Part shown: piece after piece, positions 15,258 through 27,831 of the stretch
Layout of the letters: the number at the start of each line of letters is the position of its first letter
How positions within the stretch are numbered: position 1 is the stretch's first letter
NCBI GenBank assembly: GCA_965208125.1
Contig: OZ242320.1
Coordinates: forward strand, 4,992,001-5,056,000
Origin: Candidatus Latescibacterota bacterium
GTDB lineage: Bacteria; Latescibacterota; UBA2968
DNA length: 64,000 bases
Reading direction: 5' to 3'
Notes under the pieces: generated by a model
The model's database searches: none
What the model was told of the DNA's origin: nothing
What the model saw: the letters and a program-made list of their open reading frames with translations, nothing else
Translations under genes and position numbers: made by a program

Positions 15258-17696
15258 TTACACAACAATATTGACCAGCCGATTGGGAATGACGATTATT
15301 TTTTTTGGATTTTGATCCTGGACATGCGCTTGTACATTCGGCTGTTCCAGAGCCAGACTTTCAACCTCCTCCTGCCCAGCATCAACCTCAACTTCCATTC
15401 GCGCGCGGACTTTGCCATTGACCTGAACCGGCATCTCAATCGTTGCTGGCCGAGCGAGATTTTCGTCCCATTCAGGCCAATTCTGTTGATGAACGCTGTA
15501 CTCTCCCCCAATGCGCGACCAAAGCTCTTCGGAGAGATGTGGGGTTATAGGCGCCAGGAGCAAGATAAGCGTCTCAATGGCTTCTTTCCACGCATCCGTA
15601 TGCACAACAGGCGTATTTTGCGCAGCCGATAAACCATTGCTAAACGTCATAAGCGCGGCCAATGCAGTATTAAACCCGAAGGTTTCAAAATCTTCAGACA
15701 CCTTGCGGATGGTCTGATGTGTTAAGCGCCGCAAATTATCCTGGGATTCTTGCGTGGGGTCGCCCTTCCTCTGGGCGACATCTTCAACAACGAGACGCCA
15801 TACGCGGTTCAAAAATCTCGGAATACCTTCCAGACTCGATGAATTCCAGGGACCTCCCTGTTCCCACCGCCCCAGAAACATCACATAAGCCCGAATGCAA
15901 TCTGTTCCATACTGCACAATCAAATCGTCGGGATTGACAACATTGCCCCGCGACTTGCTCATTCTTTCCTGATCTTCACCCAGGATAACGCCCTGATTAA
16001 ACAAGCGCGTCATCGGTTCATCATCACTGACGAGGTCTATATCGCGCATGGCTTTGGTGAAAAATCGCGTGTAGAGCAGATGCATGGTCGCGTGCTCTAT
16101 ACCCCCTGTATATTGATCGACAGGCAACCAGTATTCACCTTCGTGAGGTTCAAAAGGCCCCGCATCATAATGCGGGCTTAAATAGCGATATTGATACCAG
16201 GAAGAACACATAAACGTGTCCATCGTATCTGTCTCTCGCTGGGCTGACAAGCCACATTTTGGACAGGTCGTGTTTAGAAATCCTTCGTGATATTTTAGAG
16301 GAGATTCACCTGTCGGCAAAAATTCTGCATCATCGGGCAGCATTACGGGTAGATCACGCTCTGGCACGGGAACAATGCCACATGTATCACAGTAAATAAT
16401 CGGTATGGGACACCCCCAATAACGCTGGCGAGAAATCAACCAATCGTGAAGGCGGTAATTGACTTTTCTCTCGCCAATGCCTCGTGATTCCAGATCATCG
16501 GCTACTGCATCTTTTCCATCTTCAGAGGACAAACCATCGAATTGTCCCGAATTTACCATACGTCCCGCGCCGACAAATGGCTGAGTGAGTGCTTCACCAT
16601 CCCAATCATCTGGGGCAATCACAACGGGAATGGACAGCCCATACTTTTTGGCAAAATCGAAATCGCGTTCATCGTGTGCAGGCACAGCCATAATGGCTCC
16701 TGTACCATATTGGAGCAACACATAGTCGGCGATGTAAATGGGTACATCGGCATTGTTCATGGGATTAATAGCATAAGCACCGGTGAAAACCCCATCCTGT
16801 TCTTTATCCGCAGAAAGCCGCTCGATCTCTGACTGACGGCTGGCTTTTGCACAATATGCTTTAACAACTTTCCGTTGCTCAGGCGATGTTATCTCATCAA
16901 CCAATGGATGTTCGGGGGCTAAAACCGCGAATGACATGCCAAAAATGGTATCTGGGCGCGTTGTGAACACGCGAAACGATGACTCTGAATTTTTGACGCG
17001 CATTTCAAATTCAACGCCTTCACTCCTTCCAACCCAATTCTCCTGCATGGTCTGCACGCGGTCAGGCCATACAATTTCTGAAAAATCAAGTAACTCTTCA
17101 GCATATCGGGTAATCCGAAACAGCCATTGGTCCAGATCTTTTTTAATCACGGGCGTATCACACCGCTCGCAGTGTCGATCTTCCCCCCAAACTTGCTCTC
17201 GAGCCAGGGTCGTATTGCACTGTGGACACCAATCAACAGGAGCTTTCTCTCGATAAGCCAGGCCATTGGCGTAAAATTTGAGGAATAACCACTGCGTCCA
17301 TCTGTAGTATTCGGGCAAACAGGTGATAGCTTCGCGCATCCAGTCAAACATTGCACCCATTGTTTTCAGTTGTCCGCGCATGCGCTCCACATTGTCCAGT
17401 GTCCATTTTGCCGGGTGAATACCCCGTTGGATTGCAGCGTTTTCAGCAGGCAATCCAAAAGCATCAAAACCGATGGGAAACAGTACATTATGCCCCTTCA
17501 TCCGCATATATCGCGCTCGAACATCAGAGGGAGCAATCGCATACCAGTGACCAATGTGGAGATCGCCCGAAGTATAAGGCAACATGGTCAAAGCATAGTG
17601 CTTGGGGCGGCTGGAATCGATCTCACTGCGGTACAAACCCGTATCTTCCCAGCGTTGACGCCATTTTTTTTCAATTTCAGCAAACTCGTAAGCCAT
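15258..17696 (-). CDS. leuS: Leucine--tRNA ligase
   Basis: HIGH motif (LHIGH), 'GFDAFGLPAENAA', editing domain 'FTTRPDT', 'DWLISRQRYWG', RMSKS. Start placed at ATG 17696 (MAYEF) behind AGGAG, not at the ORF-track start 17972. Confidence 0.98.
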   Translation of the reverse strand: MAYEFAEIEKKWRQRWEDTGLYRSEIDSSRPKHYALTMLPYTSGDLHIGHWYAIAPSDVRARYMRMKGHNVLFPIGFDAFGLPAENAAIQRGIHPAKWTLDNVERMRGQLKTMGAMFDWMREAITCLPEYYRWTQWLFLKFYANGLAYREKAPVDWCPQCNTTLAREQVWGEDRHCERCDTPVIKKDLDQWLFRITRYAEELLDFSEIVWPDRVQTMQENWVGRSEGVEFEMRVKNSESSFRVFTTRPDTIFGMSFAVLAPEHPLVDEITSPEQRKVVKAYCAKASRQSEIERLSADKEQDGVFTGAYAINPMNNADVPIYIADYVLLQYGTGAIMAVPAHDERDFDFAKKYGLSIPVVIAPDDWDGEALTQPFVGAGRMVNSGQFDGLSSEDGKDAVADDLESRGIGERKVNYRLHDWLISRQRYWGCPIPIIYCDTCGIVPVPERDLPVMLPDDAEFLPTGESPLKYHEGFLNTTCPKCGLSAQRETDTMDTFMCSSWYQYRYLSPHYDAGPFEPHEGEYWLPVDQYTGGIEHATMHLLYTRFFTKAMRDIDLVSDDEPMTRLFNQGVILGEDQERMSKSRGNVVNPDDLIVQYGTDCIRAYVMFLGRWEQGGPWNSSSLEGIPRFLNRVWRLVVEDVAQRKGDPTQESQDNLRRLTHQTIRKVSEDFETFGFNTALAALMTFSNGLSAAQNTPVVHTDAWKEAIETLILLLAPITPHLSEELWSRIGGEYSVHQQNWPEWDENLARPATIEMPVQVNGKVRARMEVEVDAGQEEVESLALEQPNVQAHVQDQNPKKIIVIPNRLVNIVV

Positions 17697-17709
17697 TGAA
17701 ATACAACTC

Positions 17710-19005
17710 CTAAGGATATAATCTTTGCAAAAGTCGGGGAAATGGAATCGTCTCGCGGACATGGGATAATCCGCATATCCACGCGACTGTACGCTCAATA
17801 CCCAATCCAAAACCGGAATGTGGCACCGATCCATAGTGCCTGAGGTCCAGGTACCACTGGAACGGCGCCTCGTCAAGACCGTGTTCGGCGAGCTTCTGCC
17901 GTAAGACCTCCAGATCGTCCTCGCGCTGTCCCCCACCGACGATTTCGCCATATCCTTCGGGGGCCAACACATCCATACACAATGCCAGTTGGGAATCTTC
18001 CGGATCCCCCTTCATATAAAAAGCTTTGCAAGCTGCCGGATACCGATGCACAATCACGGGGCGATCGTGTGCATTGGCCAACACGGTCTCATCCTCAGCA
18101 CCAAAATCCTCCCCCCAGGTGTGATCGCGACCCGCGTCTTTTAGCAACTCATGCGCATCTGAATAAGATATCCTATGAAATGGTTTTTGTACCCGTTGTA
18201 GGGGCGTAAGATCGCGTTGCAAAGTCAAAAGTTCAGACCGACAGGTTTCTATCACGCGCTGAACAACACAACAGATGAAGTCTTCAGCCAGATCCATATT
18301 ACCAGACAGGTCCATATAAGCCACCTCTGGCTCGACCATCCAGAATTCGGTCAAATGACGCCGCGTCTTGGATTTCTCAGCTCGAAAGGTCGGTCCAAAA
18401 CAGTACACCTTTCCAAAAGCCATAGCTGCTGCTTCCATATATAGTTGACCGCTCTGTGTCAGATATGCTTTCTCATCGAAATAATCGGTTTCAAATAGCG
18501 TGCTGGTACCTTCGCAGGACGAAGGTGTAAAAATAGGCGCGTCAATAAGCGTGAAGCCATTATTGTCGTAATAATCGCGACAGGCTTTGACAATTTCAGC
18601 ACGCACACTTAAAATGGCGTGTTGGCGCGATGAACGCAGCCATAAATGGCGATGATCCATCAGAAATGCCGTGCCGTGTTCTTTCGGCGTGATCGGATAA
18701 TCCTCTACACAATGTACAATTTCGATATCGCTGACGCCTATTTCAAACCCGATGGGTGAACGCGCATCGGCCCGAACCTCGCCCGTCACGCGAAGGGACG
18801 ACTCTTGCCCCAGGTCTGAAGCCCTTTCAAAAACGTCTGGCGATACATCGCCCTGAAAGACCACGCACTGAATCGTACCAGATCCATCTCTGACCTGAAG
18901 AAAGTGCAATTTTCCACTTGATCGTTTGTTGTACAACCATCCCTCGATCACAACTTCTTTATCTTCCCATGCACTTACGTCGTTTATCCTGATGATATCT
19001 GGCAT
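17710..19005 (-). CDS. asnS: Asparagine--tRNA ligase
   Basis: OB-fold 'FLQVRDGSG', '[11 protein letters not shown]', motif 2 '[21 protein letters not shown]', motif 3 '[11 protein letters not shown]'. Confidence 0.97.
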   Translation of the reverse strand: MPDIIRINDVSAWEDKEVVIEGWLYNKRSSGKLHFLQVRDGSGTIQCVVFQGDVSPDVFERASDLGQESSLRVTGEVRADARSPIGFEIGVSDIEIVHCVEDYPITPKEHGTAFLMDHRHLWLRSSRQHAILSVRAEIVKACRDYYDNNGFTLIDAPIFTPSSCEGTSTLFETDYFDEKAYLTQSGQLYMEAAAMAFGKVYCFGPTFRAEKSKTRRHLTEFWMVEPEVAYMDLSGNMDLAEDFICCVVQRVIETCRSELLTLQRDLTPLQRVQKPFHRISYSDAHELLKDAGRDHTWGEDFGAEDETVLANAHDRPVIVHRYPAACKAFYMKGDPEDSQLALCMDVLAPEGYGEIVGGGQREDDLEVLRQKLAEHGLDEAPFQWYLDLRHYGSVPHSGFGLGIERTVAWICGLSHVRETIPFPRLLQRLYP

Positions 19006-19023
19006 ATATCGTTCCCTGAGAGT

Positions 19024-19082
19024 AAAAAAACGAAAGACGACCGGGTATCACCTGCTGCCCACCGATCGCCTTGTGTTTTTTT
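19024..19082 (-). terminator. Hairpin/terminator after pnp
   Basis: Minus strand AAGGCGATCGG...CCGGTCGTCTT followed by a T-tract. Confidence 0.55.
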
Positions 19083-19097
19083 GTGTGTATGCAAATC

Positions 19098-21215
19098 TCA
19101 CGATCTTCGGGGGGGGCGCTGCCTACCCTGCTGATTTGAATCACCATTGGGTTTATCGATAAGTACTTTGCGGCTCAGTCGAATTTTGCCCTGGTCATCA
19201 ATAGCGATCACTTTGACCTGAACTTTTTCGCCTTCACTGAGCACGTCGTTCACCTTACGCACCCGGTGATGTTCAAGCTCGGAAATATGGCAAAGCCCAT
19301 CCTTGCCGGGCAAAATCTCGACAAACGCGCCAAAGTCCGTGATCCGACGTACTGTGCCATCATAGATTCGTCCAACTTCTGGCTCTTCGACGAGAGCTTC
19401 AACCATACCCATTGCGGTTTCACCGGCTTGCGCGTCTAAAGAGGTGACTGTAACCAAACCATCGTCCTCGACTGAAACCGTTGCGCCTGTCTCTTCAATG
19501 CTGCGAATGGTCTTCCCGCCCGGGCCAATAACCGCACCGATTTTTGCTGGATCAATGCGGATGGACAAAATGCGCGGAGCGTATTCTGACAAGCTCGTTC
19601 TCGGCGCAGAAATAGCTTCTTCCATAAGACCGAGAATGTGATTTAATGCGTCTCGGGCGCGAGAAAATGCCGTATTGAGAATTTCAAAACTTATACCACC
19701 GATCTTAATATCCATCTGAATCGCAGTCAGACCCGATCGCGTTCCCGCTATTTTGAGGTCCATATCGCCCAAATGGTCTTCTTCGCCTAAAATATCTGTG
19801 AGAACCGCCCACTGATCCCCTTCCATGACCAGCCCGACGCCAGCACCGGCAACATGGCTTTTAATAGGCACGCCTGCATCCATTAAAGCGAGAGAACCGC
19901 CACACACCGTGGCCATTGAAGACGAACTGTTGGATTCTAAAATCTCGGAAACCAGACGGATCGTATAGGGAAAATGCTCTTCACTTGGCACAACTGGTTC
20001 CAGTGCTTTTTCAGCCAAAGCTCCGTGACCGACTTCTCGGCGTCCGGGCGCTGCAATCCGCCCCGTTTCACCAACACTATAGTTGGGAAAGTTGTAATCG
20101 AGCATAAAGCTCTTGAATGATTTTCCTTCGAGGTCGTCTATCATGCGTGTGTCCATCTTGCTTCCGAGCGTTGCAATGCACAAAGCCTGCGTCTGTCCGC
20201 GTGTAAAAATGGCGGACCCGTGTGCGCGAGGCAATACACTCAGTTCGATATCAATGGGCCGAACCTGGTTGAGATCGCGTCCATCAATGCGCTGATTTTC
20301 CGAGAGGATCATCGCGCGCATATCCTTTTTGATCAATCGATCGATTTCACCGCTAATTTCACCGTCTTCAAAGTGTTCTGCGAGTGCTTCTCGCACCTCG
20401 GCGCGGATTGCGGACAACGTCTCTGCACGCGCCCCCTTATCCGGCATACGATTGGCTGCGTGAATCTGCTCTGAAGCGCGTTCGGCAACGGCAGTGACAA
20501 GAGCCTCGTTTTCTTCAGGCTCGTCGAAAGACCGCTTCGATTTCCCGACACGGGAAATCAGATCATCCTGTAATTCAATCAGTTGTACAATGCCCTGGTG
20601 GGCAACGCGCAGTGCTTCTACGACATCACCGTCGGCTACTTCGTGAAAATCACCTTCAACTGAAATAATGGATTCGCGATTACCCGATACCATCAGGTGG
20701 ACATCGCTTTCTTCGAGTTGGGAAAGTGTGGGGTTGACCACAAATTCTCCATCGACCCGTCCAACGCACACAGCACCAATGGGGCCATCAAACGGAATAT
20801 CAGAAATGCACAGTGCAGCTGAAGCACCTGTCATTGAGAGCACCGCAGGGTCGTTTTCACCGTCAAAAGACAACACGGTGACATAAACCTGCGTTTCAAA
20901 ATCATAAGCCTCTGGAAATAGGGGCCTGATTTGATGGTCAATTAAACGCGCATGCAATTTTTCAGTTGTTGAAGGTGCGCCTTCTCGCTTAAAAAAGTTG
21001 CCGGGAATGCGCCCTCCAGCATACATCTTTTCACGATAATCGACTTGAAGTGGAAAAAAATCAAAATCCGAAGGTTTGTTATCGGAAACGGCAGCCACCA
21101 ACACAATGGTTTCACCGTACTGCATCCACACCGCCCCATGTGACTGTTTGGCCACCCGACCCGTTTCTATGGACAGCGGACGACCAGCATATTCAAGCTC
21201 TACTTTTGCTATCAT
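19098..21215 (-). CDS. pnp: Polyribonucleotide nucleotidyltransferase
   Basis: '[11 protein letters not shown]', '[14 protein letters not shown]', 'RREVGHG', 'DHLGDMD', KH (IGPGGKTIR) and S1 domains. ATG 21215 after AGGAG. Confidence 0.98.
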   Translation of the reverse strand: MIAKVELEYAGRPLSIETGRVAKQSHGAVWMQYGETIVLVAAVSDNKPSDFDFFPLQVDYREKMYAGGRIPGNFFKREGAPSTTEKLHARLIDHQIRPLFPEAYDFETQVYVTVLSFDGENDPAVLSMTGASAALCISDIPFDGPIGAVCVGRVDGEFVVNPTLSQLEESDVHLMVSGNRESIISVEGDFHEVADGDVVEALRVAHQGIVQLIELQDDLISRVGKSKRSFDEPEENEALVTAVAERASEQIHAANRMPDKGARAETLSAIRAEVREALAEHFEDGEISGEIDRLIKKDMRAMILSENQRIDGRDLNQVRPIDIELSVLPRAHGSAIFTRGQTQALCIATLGSKMDTRMIDDLEGKSFKSFMLDYNFPNYSVGETGRIAAPGRREVGHGALAEKALEPVVPSEEHFPYTIRLVSEILESNSSSSMATVCGGSLALMDAGVPIKSHVAGAGVGLVMEGDQWAVLTDILGEEDHLGDMDLKIAGTRSGLTAIQMDIKIGGISFEILNTAFSRARDALNHILGLMEEAISAPRTSLSEYAPRILSIRIDPAKIGAVIGPGGKTIRSIEETGATVSVEDDGLVTVTSLDAQAGETAMGMVEALVEEPEVGRIYDGTVRRITDFGAFVEILPGKDGLCHISELEHHRVRKVNDVLSEGEKVQVKVIAIDDQGKIRLSRKVLIDKPNGDSNQQGRQRPPRRS

Positions 21216-21305
21216 TCTATCTCCTCTATTTACCTTAAAACACATCTATCCCAGCGCTCTGGCAAAAAGGCCAGAGATACGGCCAACTGCTGGAAAAATA
21301 AAAAC

Positions 21306-21575
21306 TCAACCGCGAATATCCAGTGCCGCAATCAAGCTACGATAACCTTCTAAATCCACGCGCCGTAAATATCGCAGCAGACGGCGACGACGCCCAACCA
21401 ATTTGAGCAGTCCCCGACGCGAGTGATGATCCTTCTTGTGGGTTTGAAAATGTTCGACCAGTTGTACAATGCGCTCTGTAAGTTGCGCAATCTGGACTTG
21501 TGGCGATCCCGTATCGCCTTCTTTGCGCCCGTATTGTGCAATCAACTCGGCCTTCTTTTCTTTTGTTAACGCCAA
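21306..21575 (-). CDS. rpsO: 30S ribosomal protein S15
   Basis: '[16 protein letters not shown]...[24 protein letters not shown]'. Confidence 0.99.
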   Translation of the reverse strand: MALTKEKKAELIAQYGRKEGDTGSPQVQIAQLTERIVQLVEHFQTHKKDHHSRRGLLKLVGRRRRLLRYLRRVDLEGYRSLIAALDIRG

Positions 21576-22519
21576 AATTTACCTCCATAGGTATGATGCC
21601 GCGAAAGCATATCTTCCGCAGTCTGTATATCTGCTTGAATCTGTTCGACTAACGCTTCTTTGCTGCCAAATTCACGCTCGCCGCGAATGCGACGCCAAAT
21701 CTCAAGGGGTAAAATTTCCCCATAGAGATTTTGTGAAAAATTGAGCAAATGTACTTCACAACGCGCTGACTGCCCCCCAAATGTTGGGCGTTTGCCGTAA
21801 TTGACAACGGCGATGTAGGGCTGATCCAGCCTGGCAATACCAGCATAAACACCCGGTGTTGGCAAGAGTTTTCCCGGCGTTTCAAACAGGAGATTAGCAG
21901 TGGGAAAACCCAGTGCCCTGCCCCGTTTTTCTCCCTCTACTACACGCCCCCACAAGGGATAAGGATGTCCCATAAGCTGAATAACCGTATCCATGTCTCC
22001 GCCTAAGAGTGCGTTGCGAATACGAGTACTGCTCACAGGTTTTTCGGCAATGCACACAGCAGGTGGAGAAAAAACAGAGAAACCAAACTGTTTTCCCAAT
22101 CTTTTCATCGTCCCAAACCCACCCTGACGCCCCCTTCCAAAACCGTGATCGTAACCTATGATCACAGACCTGGCACTGAGTCTATCAACCAGGAAGCATT
22201 TGACAAATACCTCGGGAGACATCTGCCGGAGTGCATCATCAAATCCAACAACAGCCAGAACATCCACCCCCAATGAGGCGAGACAATGCTTTTTTTCCTC
22301 AAGCGATGTCAACACCCCGGGAGCATCGGCACCGTCGATAAACTGGCGGGGATGTGGGTCAAAAGTGACGACGACCGATGTGCCCCTACACGTCCGTGCC
22401 ATATCAATCATAGCTTCAATGACAGAGACATGCCCGATGTGAATGCCGTCAAATGTTCCAACCGTGACCACCGGGTGGGCAAGCGCGACCGGTTCTTCAA
22501 GCGTTATGATGCGCATCAT
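21566..22519 (-). CDS. ribF: Bifunctional riboflavin kinase/FAD synthetase
   Basis: '[10 protein letters not shown]', 'TFDPHP', 'GYDHGFG', 'SSTRIR', 'GR.LGFPTAN'. Start overlaps the truB stop (TGATG). Confidence 0.96.
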   Translation of the reverse strand: MMRIITLEEPVALAHPVVTVGTFDGIHIGHVSVIEAMIDMARTCRGTSVVVTFDPHPRQFIDGADAPGVLTSLEEKKHCLASLGVDVLAVVGFDDALRQMSPEVFVKCFLVDRLSARSVIIGYDHGFGRGRQGGFGTMKRLGKQFGFSVFSPPAVCIAEKPVSSTRIRNALLGGDMDTVIQLMGHPYPLWGRVVEGEKRGRALGFPTANLLFETPGKLLPTPGVYAGIARLDQPYIAVVNYGKRPTFGGQSARCEVHLLNFSQNLYGEILPLEIWRRIRGEREFGSKEALVEQIQADIQTAEDMLSRHHTYGGKFWR

Positions 22520-23394
22520 CAATTCTGGATCACGCGAATAGGCTTCAAGACGCCCTCGACGATATGACCGAGACCGAGCAAAATACCCCGGGGATTTTGC
22601 ACTGTTACAATATCCTGGACATCTAATGAAATACCGGTCACGGAATTGCCATTTAAAAAACGCCCCTGCTGCGCCTCTGTCAAACACACCGATGACAGAT
22701 TAGATAAAACAGCGTGGGGATTGAGCAACACATCAGCAATACATTCTTCGCGCTCGAGTTCATAAACTGAAACACATTGTCCCAATTCAACACACCCTAC
22801 CGCGGTTCTGCGAAGCGTTGAGAGATAGGCACCACACCCGAGCCGTTTGCCAATGTCGTCAGCAAGCGACCGAATATAAGTACCTTTAGAACAATGTACG
22901 TTCAGGTGCAAGAGCGGTGGTGCATATACCGCAATACCGAGCTTATGTACGCATACATTACGCGCTGGACGATCAATTTCAACACCTCTGCGGGCGAGTT
23001 CATAAAGCCTGCGCCCTCCCATACGTATGGCCGAATACATAGGCGGAACTTGTGCGATCGCCCCCCTGAATTTGGCAACGGCGGCATCGACTTGTGCATA
23101 ATCGGTTGGAATATCCCCCGATCTGCTGGTAACCACACCATCGGCGTCGAGAGAATCGGTCGTCATTCCCAAACGCACAACCGCGCGATATTGTTTATCG
23201 CTACCCGTAATATAAGAACTCAGGCGCGTATAGGCACCCAAACAAAGTAGCAAAACGCCCGTTGCCATAGGATCAAGGGTGCCTGTATGCCCTGCTTTTT
23301 TTATTCCAAAGTGCTTACGCACCCAACTGACGACATCTTGAGACGTCCAGCCAGCGGGTTTGTCTATGCCCAGAAAGCCGTTTATTGGCACCAC
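22519..23394 (-). CDS. truB: tRNA pseudouridine(55) synthase
   Basis: 'DKP.G.TS.DVV', 'GHTGTLDPMATGVL', 'QVPPMYSA', 'CSKGTYIRSL'. Confidence 0.97.
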   Translation of the reverse strand: MVPINGFLGIDKPAGWTSQDVVSWVRKHFGIKKAGHTGTLDPMATGVLLLCLGAYTRLSSYITGSDKQYRAVVRLGMTTDSLDADGVVTSRSGDIPTDYAQVDAAVAKFRGAIAQVPPMYSAIRMGGRRLYELARRGVEIDRPARNVCVHKLGIAVYAPPLLHLNVHCSKGTYIRSLADDIGKRLGCGAYLSTLRRTAVGCVELGQCVSVYELEREECIADVLLNPHAVLSNLSSVCLTEAQQGRFLNGNSVTGISLDVQDIVTVQNPRGILLGLGHIVEGVLKPIRVIQN

Positions 23395-23736
23395 CTATGT
23401 GTTGAGACTATTGAGCAATTGCTCCATTCGCGCGCCCTGCGTGATAGAATCATCCAGGGCGAAAACCAATTCGGGAACATGTCGCAAATGAACGCGCTGA
23501 GCGAGCGTACGACGAAAAAAAGACATTGCCCCAATCAGGCGTTCGTGCACCTGTATTTGCGCTTCAGCCCCCCCCATCACACTGAAGTAAACCCTGGCTG
23601 TGCGCAGATCACGAGACATCTCTACAGCCGTAATCGTGACTTCTGACAGACCGGGGTCACGGGTTTCCATGTGCAAAATTTCACTCAGGGCAACCTGAAT
23701 GGCTTTTCCCACACTTTCCGGCCGATAAGATGGCAT
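23395..23736 (-). CDS. rbfA: Ribosome-binding factor A
   Basis: 'DP....VTIT.VE.S.DLR.A.VY', 'LRHVPEL.F..D.S'; located between infB and truB. Confidence 0.95.
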   Translation of the reverse strand: MPSYRPESVGKAIQVALSEILHMETRDPGLSEVTITAVEMSRDLRTARVYFSVMGGAEAQIQVHERLIGAMSFFRRTLAQRVHLRHVPELVFALDDSITQGARMEQLLNSLNT

Positions 23737-23737
23737 G

Positions 23738-24019
23738 TCAGAGCAACTCCAGCGAATAGTCCAGCAAAATAAGGCGATCTTCGCGCTCGATTAAATCAAC
23801 CACCTTTGACAATACCTGATTGGCATACCGCGAGTCGTTGGCAACTGTTGCGATACCCAACTGTGCCCTTTGCCAGCGATCATTGTCACCCAATTCAGAA
23901 ATAGAGACATTGAATTTGTTACGTGCGCGCGTCGTGATGCTCTTGAGCACGCTGCGTTTCTGTTTCAGCGAGGCGCATTCGGGCAAATACAGATCAATAT
24001 GACAAAAACCAATGGTCAT
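23738..24019 (-). CDS. DUF503 (YlxP-like) protein
   Basis: 'SLKQKRSV.KS......KFNVS.SE....D.WQRA.LG'; canonical position after infB. Confidence 0.9.
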   Translation of the reverse strand: MTIGFCHIDLYLPECASLKQKRSVLKSITTRARNKFNVSISELGDNDRWQRAQLGIATVANDSRYANQVLSKVVDLIEREDRLILLDYSLELL

Positions 24020-26463
24020 TAGATCGTGCGAGTAGTTTCAACGCGTTCGTAAGTTTCAATGACATCGCCGACTTTGACATCGTTAAAATTTTCGATACCA
24101 ATGCCGCATTCAAAGCCGTTTTGCACCTCGCGAACATCATCTTTAAAACGCCGCAAAGATCCAATACGGCCTTCGTAAACAACAACGCCATCGCGCAAAA
24201 CGCGCGCATTAGTCGTGCGGTGGATGAGCCCTTGAGAAACCAGACAGCCAGCAATTGTACCAACGCGCGGCACCTGGAAAAGCTCGCGTACCTGCGCTTC
24301 TCCCTGCACATTTTCTTCAATTTTGGGTGCCAACAATCCAGCAAGGGCAGCGCGAATGTCTTCTACTACTTCGTAAATCACGCGATACAAACGAATATCG
24401 ACGCGTTCTTGTGCCGCAACTTCTCTTGCATTTGCATCGGGACGTACATTAAATCCGATGATGATAGCATCTGAGGCGGATGCGAGCAAGATGTCAGATT
24501 CGGAGATCGCACCCACAGCGCGGTGAATCACCGATAGATGCACTTCTTCGTGCTCAATTTGCAATAGAGCGTCTTGCAAAGCTTCGACAGACCCATCGAC
24601 ATCGCCTTTGATAATCAGGCGCAATTCTTCCATATTACCCGTCTCAATCTGGTTGTGAATGTCGGACAATGATACGCGGCGTACCCGATGAAATTCTTGT
24701 TCGCGCCTGAGTTGCTGTCGTTTTTGGCTGATATCGCGAGCTTCGCGCTCATTTTCAACGACGTGAAATGCATCCCCCGCCTGAGGCAATCCTGCCAAAC
24801 CGAGCACCTGAACCGGACGAGAAGGACCAGCAGATGCCACGGATATACCGCGCTCGTCGAGCATTGCGCGGACGCGCCCACTGAACATGCCTGTAATAAA
24901 AGGATCTCCCACTTGTAGCCTGCCTTCTTGCACGAGCACTGTGGCGATATTTCCTCGTCCGCGGTCGAGTTTTGATTCTACAATGGTACCTTTGGCGCGC
25001 TTATCAGGATCTGCCTTAAGTTCAAGCATTTCTGTTTCAAGAGCCAATAGCTCGAGCAGAGCATCGACATTCTGCCCCGTTTTAGCGGAGATTTCGCAAA
25101 CTTGAACACCACCACCATAATCTTCTACGACGACATTGTACTCAGTCAACTCCCGTTTGATTTTGTCGGGATCGGCAGTGGGCAAGTCGATTTTGTTAAC
25201 TGCAACGACCAGGGGCACGTTGGCCGCTTTAGCATGATCAATAGCTTCTACTGTCTGTGGCATCACACTATCATCTGCTGCTACAACCAGAACGACGACA
25301 TCGGTTACACTGGCACCTCTGGCACGCATCGCCGTAAAAGCTTCGTGCCCAGGCGTATCGAGAAAACAAATTTCACGACCATCACCGAGTTCAACGTGAT
25401 ACGCACCAATATGCTGCGTAATGCCACCGGCTTCACCTTCCATCACATTGGTCTCTCGGATATAATCCAAAAGAGATGTTTTGCCATGATCCACATGTCC
25501 CATAATTGTCACTACCGGAGGTCTTGGTTTTAGACTTTCATCCGATGTTTCTACCTCCGCATTCTCCAATATCTCTTCGCCGTATTCTTCAAGTTGCTCA
25601 ATGCCAAAACCAAATTCATCGGCAACAAGCGTAATAGTGTCCATATCGAGGCGCTGGTTAATGGTCACCACCATGCCGAGTTTGAGACATTGTGTAATGA
25701 CTTCTGTGGGACGCACATCCATCTGAGAAGCGAGTTCGCCAACGGTTGTAAACTCATTGACTTTGAGAACTTGTCCGTCTGCGGTTTCGTCTTCGGGCTT
25801 TTCACTGTCTTGACGACGGCGACGGCGCACCCGTGATGGTGCTGCGCCACTCGACATTTGCGCCAGTGTTCGGCGCACATTTTCTGACACTTCGCGCTCA
25901 TCAACGACAGGACGCTTACGCCTGCGACGACGTTTTCTCGGAGACCGCGTGCGGCTTTTCTTTACCTGGGCAGGTTCTGCTTTGGGCTTAGTCCCTTCTT
26001 GTACTACGGGTTTTTCTTTTTTCGCTTCTGGCGCTTTTGTTTTGGGTTCCTGCTGCACCGGTGTCTGACTGACATCTTCTACGACAACAGTTGGATAATC
26101 TGTTCGGCGTCTTCTGCGCCGCGGGCGTTGTCTTCTTTCGCTGCTGGTCTCAGTCTTTTCATTAGACCGAGACGAACGAGCCCGGCTCACGCGAGGCTTT
26201 TGCTCGTGACTCTCGCGTTCTTTTCTTTCATCATCCTTGCGTCTGAGTTTTCGCCGCGTCGCCTGGCGTTCTGAATCAAATTTCTCTTGCACTGCCTCGA
26301 CCATAGCAGTCGTACAGACAGCCATGTGGTTTTTGACTTCAAAACCGAGGCTCCTGATCTGCTCAACCATTGCGACGCTCGACAAATTAAACTCGCGCGC
26401 AATCTCGTAAACTCGTTTTTTCTTAGTTATTGCTTTGCCTTTTGCCTTCGTCAATAGGCTCAC
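24019..26463 (-). CDS. infB: Translation initiation factor IF-2
   Basis: '[20 protein letters not shown]', 'DTPGHEAF', NKID, 'GFECGI'. Confidence 0.99.
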   Translation of the reverse strand: MSLLTKAKGKAITKKKRVYEIAREFNLSSVAMVEQIRSLGFEVKNHMAVCTTAMVEAVQEKFDSERQATRRKLRRKDDERKERESHEQKPRVSRARSSRSNEKTETSSERRQRPRRRRRRTDYPTVVVEDVSQTPVQQEPKTKAPEAKKEKPVVQEGTKPKAEPAQVKKSRTRSPRKRRRRRKRPVVDEREVSENVRRTLAQMSSGAAPSRVRRRRRQDSEKPEDETADGQVLKVNEFTTVGELASQMDVRPTEVITQCLKLGMVVTINQRLDMDTITLVADEFGFGIEQLEEYGEEILENAEVETSDESLKPRPPVVTIMGHVDHGKTSLLDYIRETNVMEGEAGGITQHIGAYHVELGDGREICFLDTPGHEAFTAMRARGASVTDVVVLVVAADDSVMPQTVEAIDHAKAANVPLVVAVNKIDLPTADPDKIKRELTEYNVVVEDYGGGVQVCEISAKTGQNVDALLELLALETEMLELKADPDKRAKGTIVESKLDRGRGNIATVLVQEGRLQVGDPFITGMFSGRVRAMLDERGISVASAGPSRPVQVLGLAGLPQAGDAFHVVENEREARDISQKRQQLRREQEFHRVRRVSLSDIHNQIETGNMEELRLIIKGDVDGSVEALQDALLQIEHEEVHLSVIHRAVGAISESDILLASASDAIIIGFNVRPDANAREVAAQERVDIRLYRVIYEVVEDIRAALAGLLAPKIEENVQGEAQVRELFQVPRVGTIAGCLVSQGLIHRTTNARVLRDGVVVYEGRIGSLRRFKDDVREVQNGFECGIGIENFNDVKVGDVIETYERVETTRTI

Positions 26464-26469
26464 CTCCGA

Positions 26470-27831
26470 TCATTTGTCTGTTTCAGGTATATCGTCAGTA
26501 GGTTTTGTTTCCTCTGCTTCCGCTTGCAAACGCGCTTGTTCTTCGCGGTAAGCAGACACTTTGTCATTAACAATTTCCTGCGCGGTCTCTCGCAACTTCT
26601 CAGCCGTCGTTTCACCGATACCAGGCACTTTGAGCAACGTATTTAAGGATACACGGACGAGGTCGTTGGCAGACAAAATACCCACGGCCTCAAGGCGATT
26701 TCGCGTTACTTGACCAGTGCCGGGAACTTCGGCCAATGGCACTGTCGTAGCCTGGCGCTCGGTTTGTATTTCCTCATAACGTGTTTCCGTCATGATATCG
26801 ACATGCCAGCCAGTCAACTGCGATGCCAAACGGGCGTTCTGCCCCTCTTTGCCAATAGCCAGAGAAAGCTGATCATCATCAACTATAGCCGACATGCGTT
26901 TTTCACGTCGGTCAATCACCACGCGGCGGACTGTGGCAGGGTTCAAAGCACGCGACAAAAAGATCGCTTCGTCGTCACTCCAGGGAACAATATCTATGCG
27001 TTCACTACTCAACTCTCGCACCACAGCCTGTACGCGCGAGCCTTTCATGCCCACGCAAGCCCCCACGGGATCTATGCGCGCATCATTGGAGTAAACAGCA
27101 ATTTTGGCCCGCACACCCGGTTCGCGCGAAACAGCCTTAATTTCGATAACGCCTTCATAAATTTCAGGGACTTCAAGCTGGAAGAGCCTTTCGAGAAATA
27201 CTGGATGTGTGCGGCTCAACACCACCTGGGGACCTTTGGCTGTACGCAAAACATCGAGCAAGTAGGCTCGAATGGGATCCCCCTGTCGATAGCGTTCCTT
27301 TCTGATTTGCTCCTTAAGCGGAATAACAGCTTCTGTTCGTCCCAGGTTGACGAGAATATCCCCCCGACTGATTTGCTGCACAGTTCCCGAAATAATCTCT
27401 CCGATGCGTCCTTGATAATCTTCGTAGATTTTCTCGCGCTCAGCTTCCCTGACCCGTTGGACGAGTACCTGTCTTGTCGTTTGAATCGCATTGCGCCCAA
27501 AATCGGCAAAATTGAGGCGAAATCTCACTTCCCCGCCGACCTTCGCATCTGTGTCTGACTTTCGCGCTTGTGTCACGCCAATTTGGATTCCCGGATCTTC
27601 GACCGAGTCGTCGGCAACAATTTCTTTAACCGCTTCAACGACAATCTCTCCAGAGTTATGGTCGAAATTGACTTCCACATTATCTCCGGTTCCAAACCGC
27701 TTTTTTGCCGCAGAGATTAACCCCATTTCAAGGGTTTCGATAACCAGGTCGCGGTTGACATTCTTTTCCTGGGCAATTTGCCTTAACGCTTCGAGAACTT
27801 CGTAATTCAAGTGAGGATCCTCCTCGACCAT
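26470..27831 (-). CDS. nusA: Transcription termination factor NusA with C-terminal HhH repeats
   Basis: 'FGRNAIQT..QV', 'DPVGACVGMKGSRV', 'LSLAIGK.GQN.RLA..LTGW'. Confidence 0.98.
   Translation of the reverse strand: MVEEDPHLNYEVLEALRQIAQEKNVNRDLVIETLEMGLISAAKKRFGTGDNVEVNFDHNSGEIVVEAVKEIVADDSVEDPGIQIGVTQARKSDTDAKVGGEVRFRLNFADFGRNAIQTTRQVLVQRVREAEREKIYEDYQGRIGEIISGTVQQISRGDILVNLGRTEAVIPLKEQIRKERYRQGDPIRAYLLDVLRTAKGPQVVLSRTHPVFLERLFQLEVPEIYEGVIEIKAVSREPGVRAKIAVYSNDARIDPVGACVGMKGSRVQAVVRELSSERIDIVPWSDDEAIFLSRALNPATVRRVVIDRREKRMSAIVDDDQLSLAIGKEGQNARLASQLTGWHVDIMTETRYEEIQTERQATTVPLAEVPGTGQVTRNRLEAVGILSANDLVRVSLNTLLKVPGIGETTAEKLRETAQEIVNDKVSAYREEQARLQAEAEETKPTDDIPETDK

Noticed and set aside
15951-15965. 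LeuRS KMSKS reads RMSKS
   Set aside because: This is a conservative change at the first Lys; the catalytic second Lys is intact.
17697-17972. Long N-terminal extensions in the ORF track for leuS (also ribF, purB, mqnD, the ABC permease and the nitroreductase)
   Set aside because: Most overlap neighbouring genes or promoters, and downstream ATGs with RBS or stop-start coupling match the family N-termini.
26710-27558. Long antisense ORFs (282 aa opposite nusA; also 60204-60896, 41695-42348, 33708-34334)
   Set aside because: They are shadows of well-supported genes on the other strand and have no recognisable motifs.
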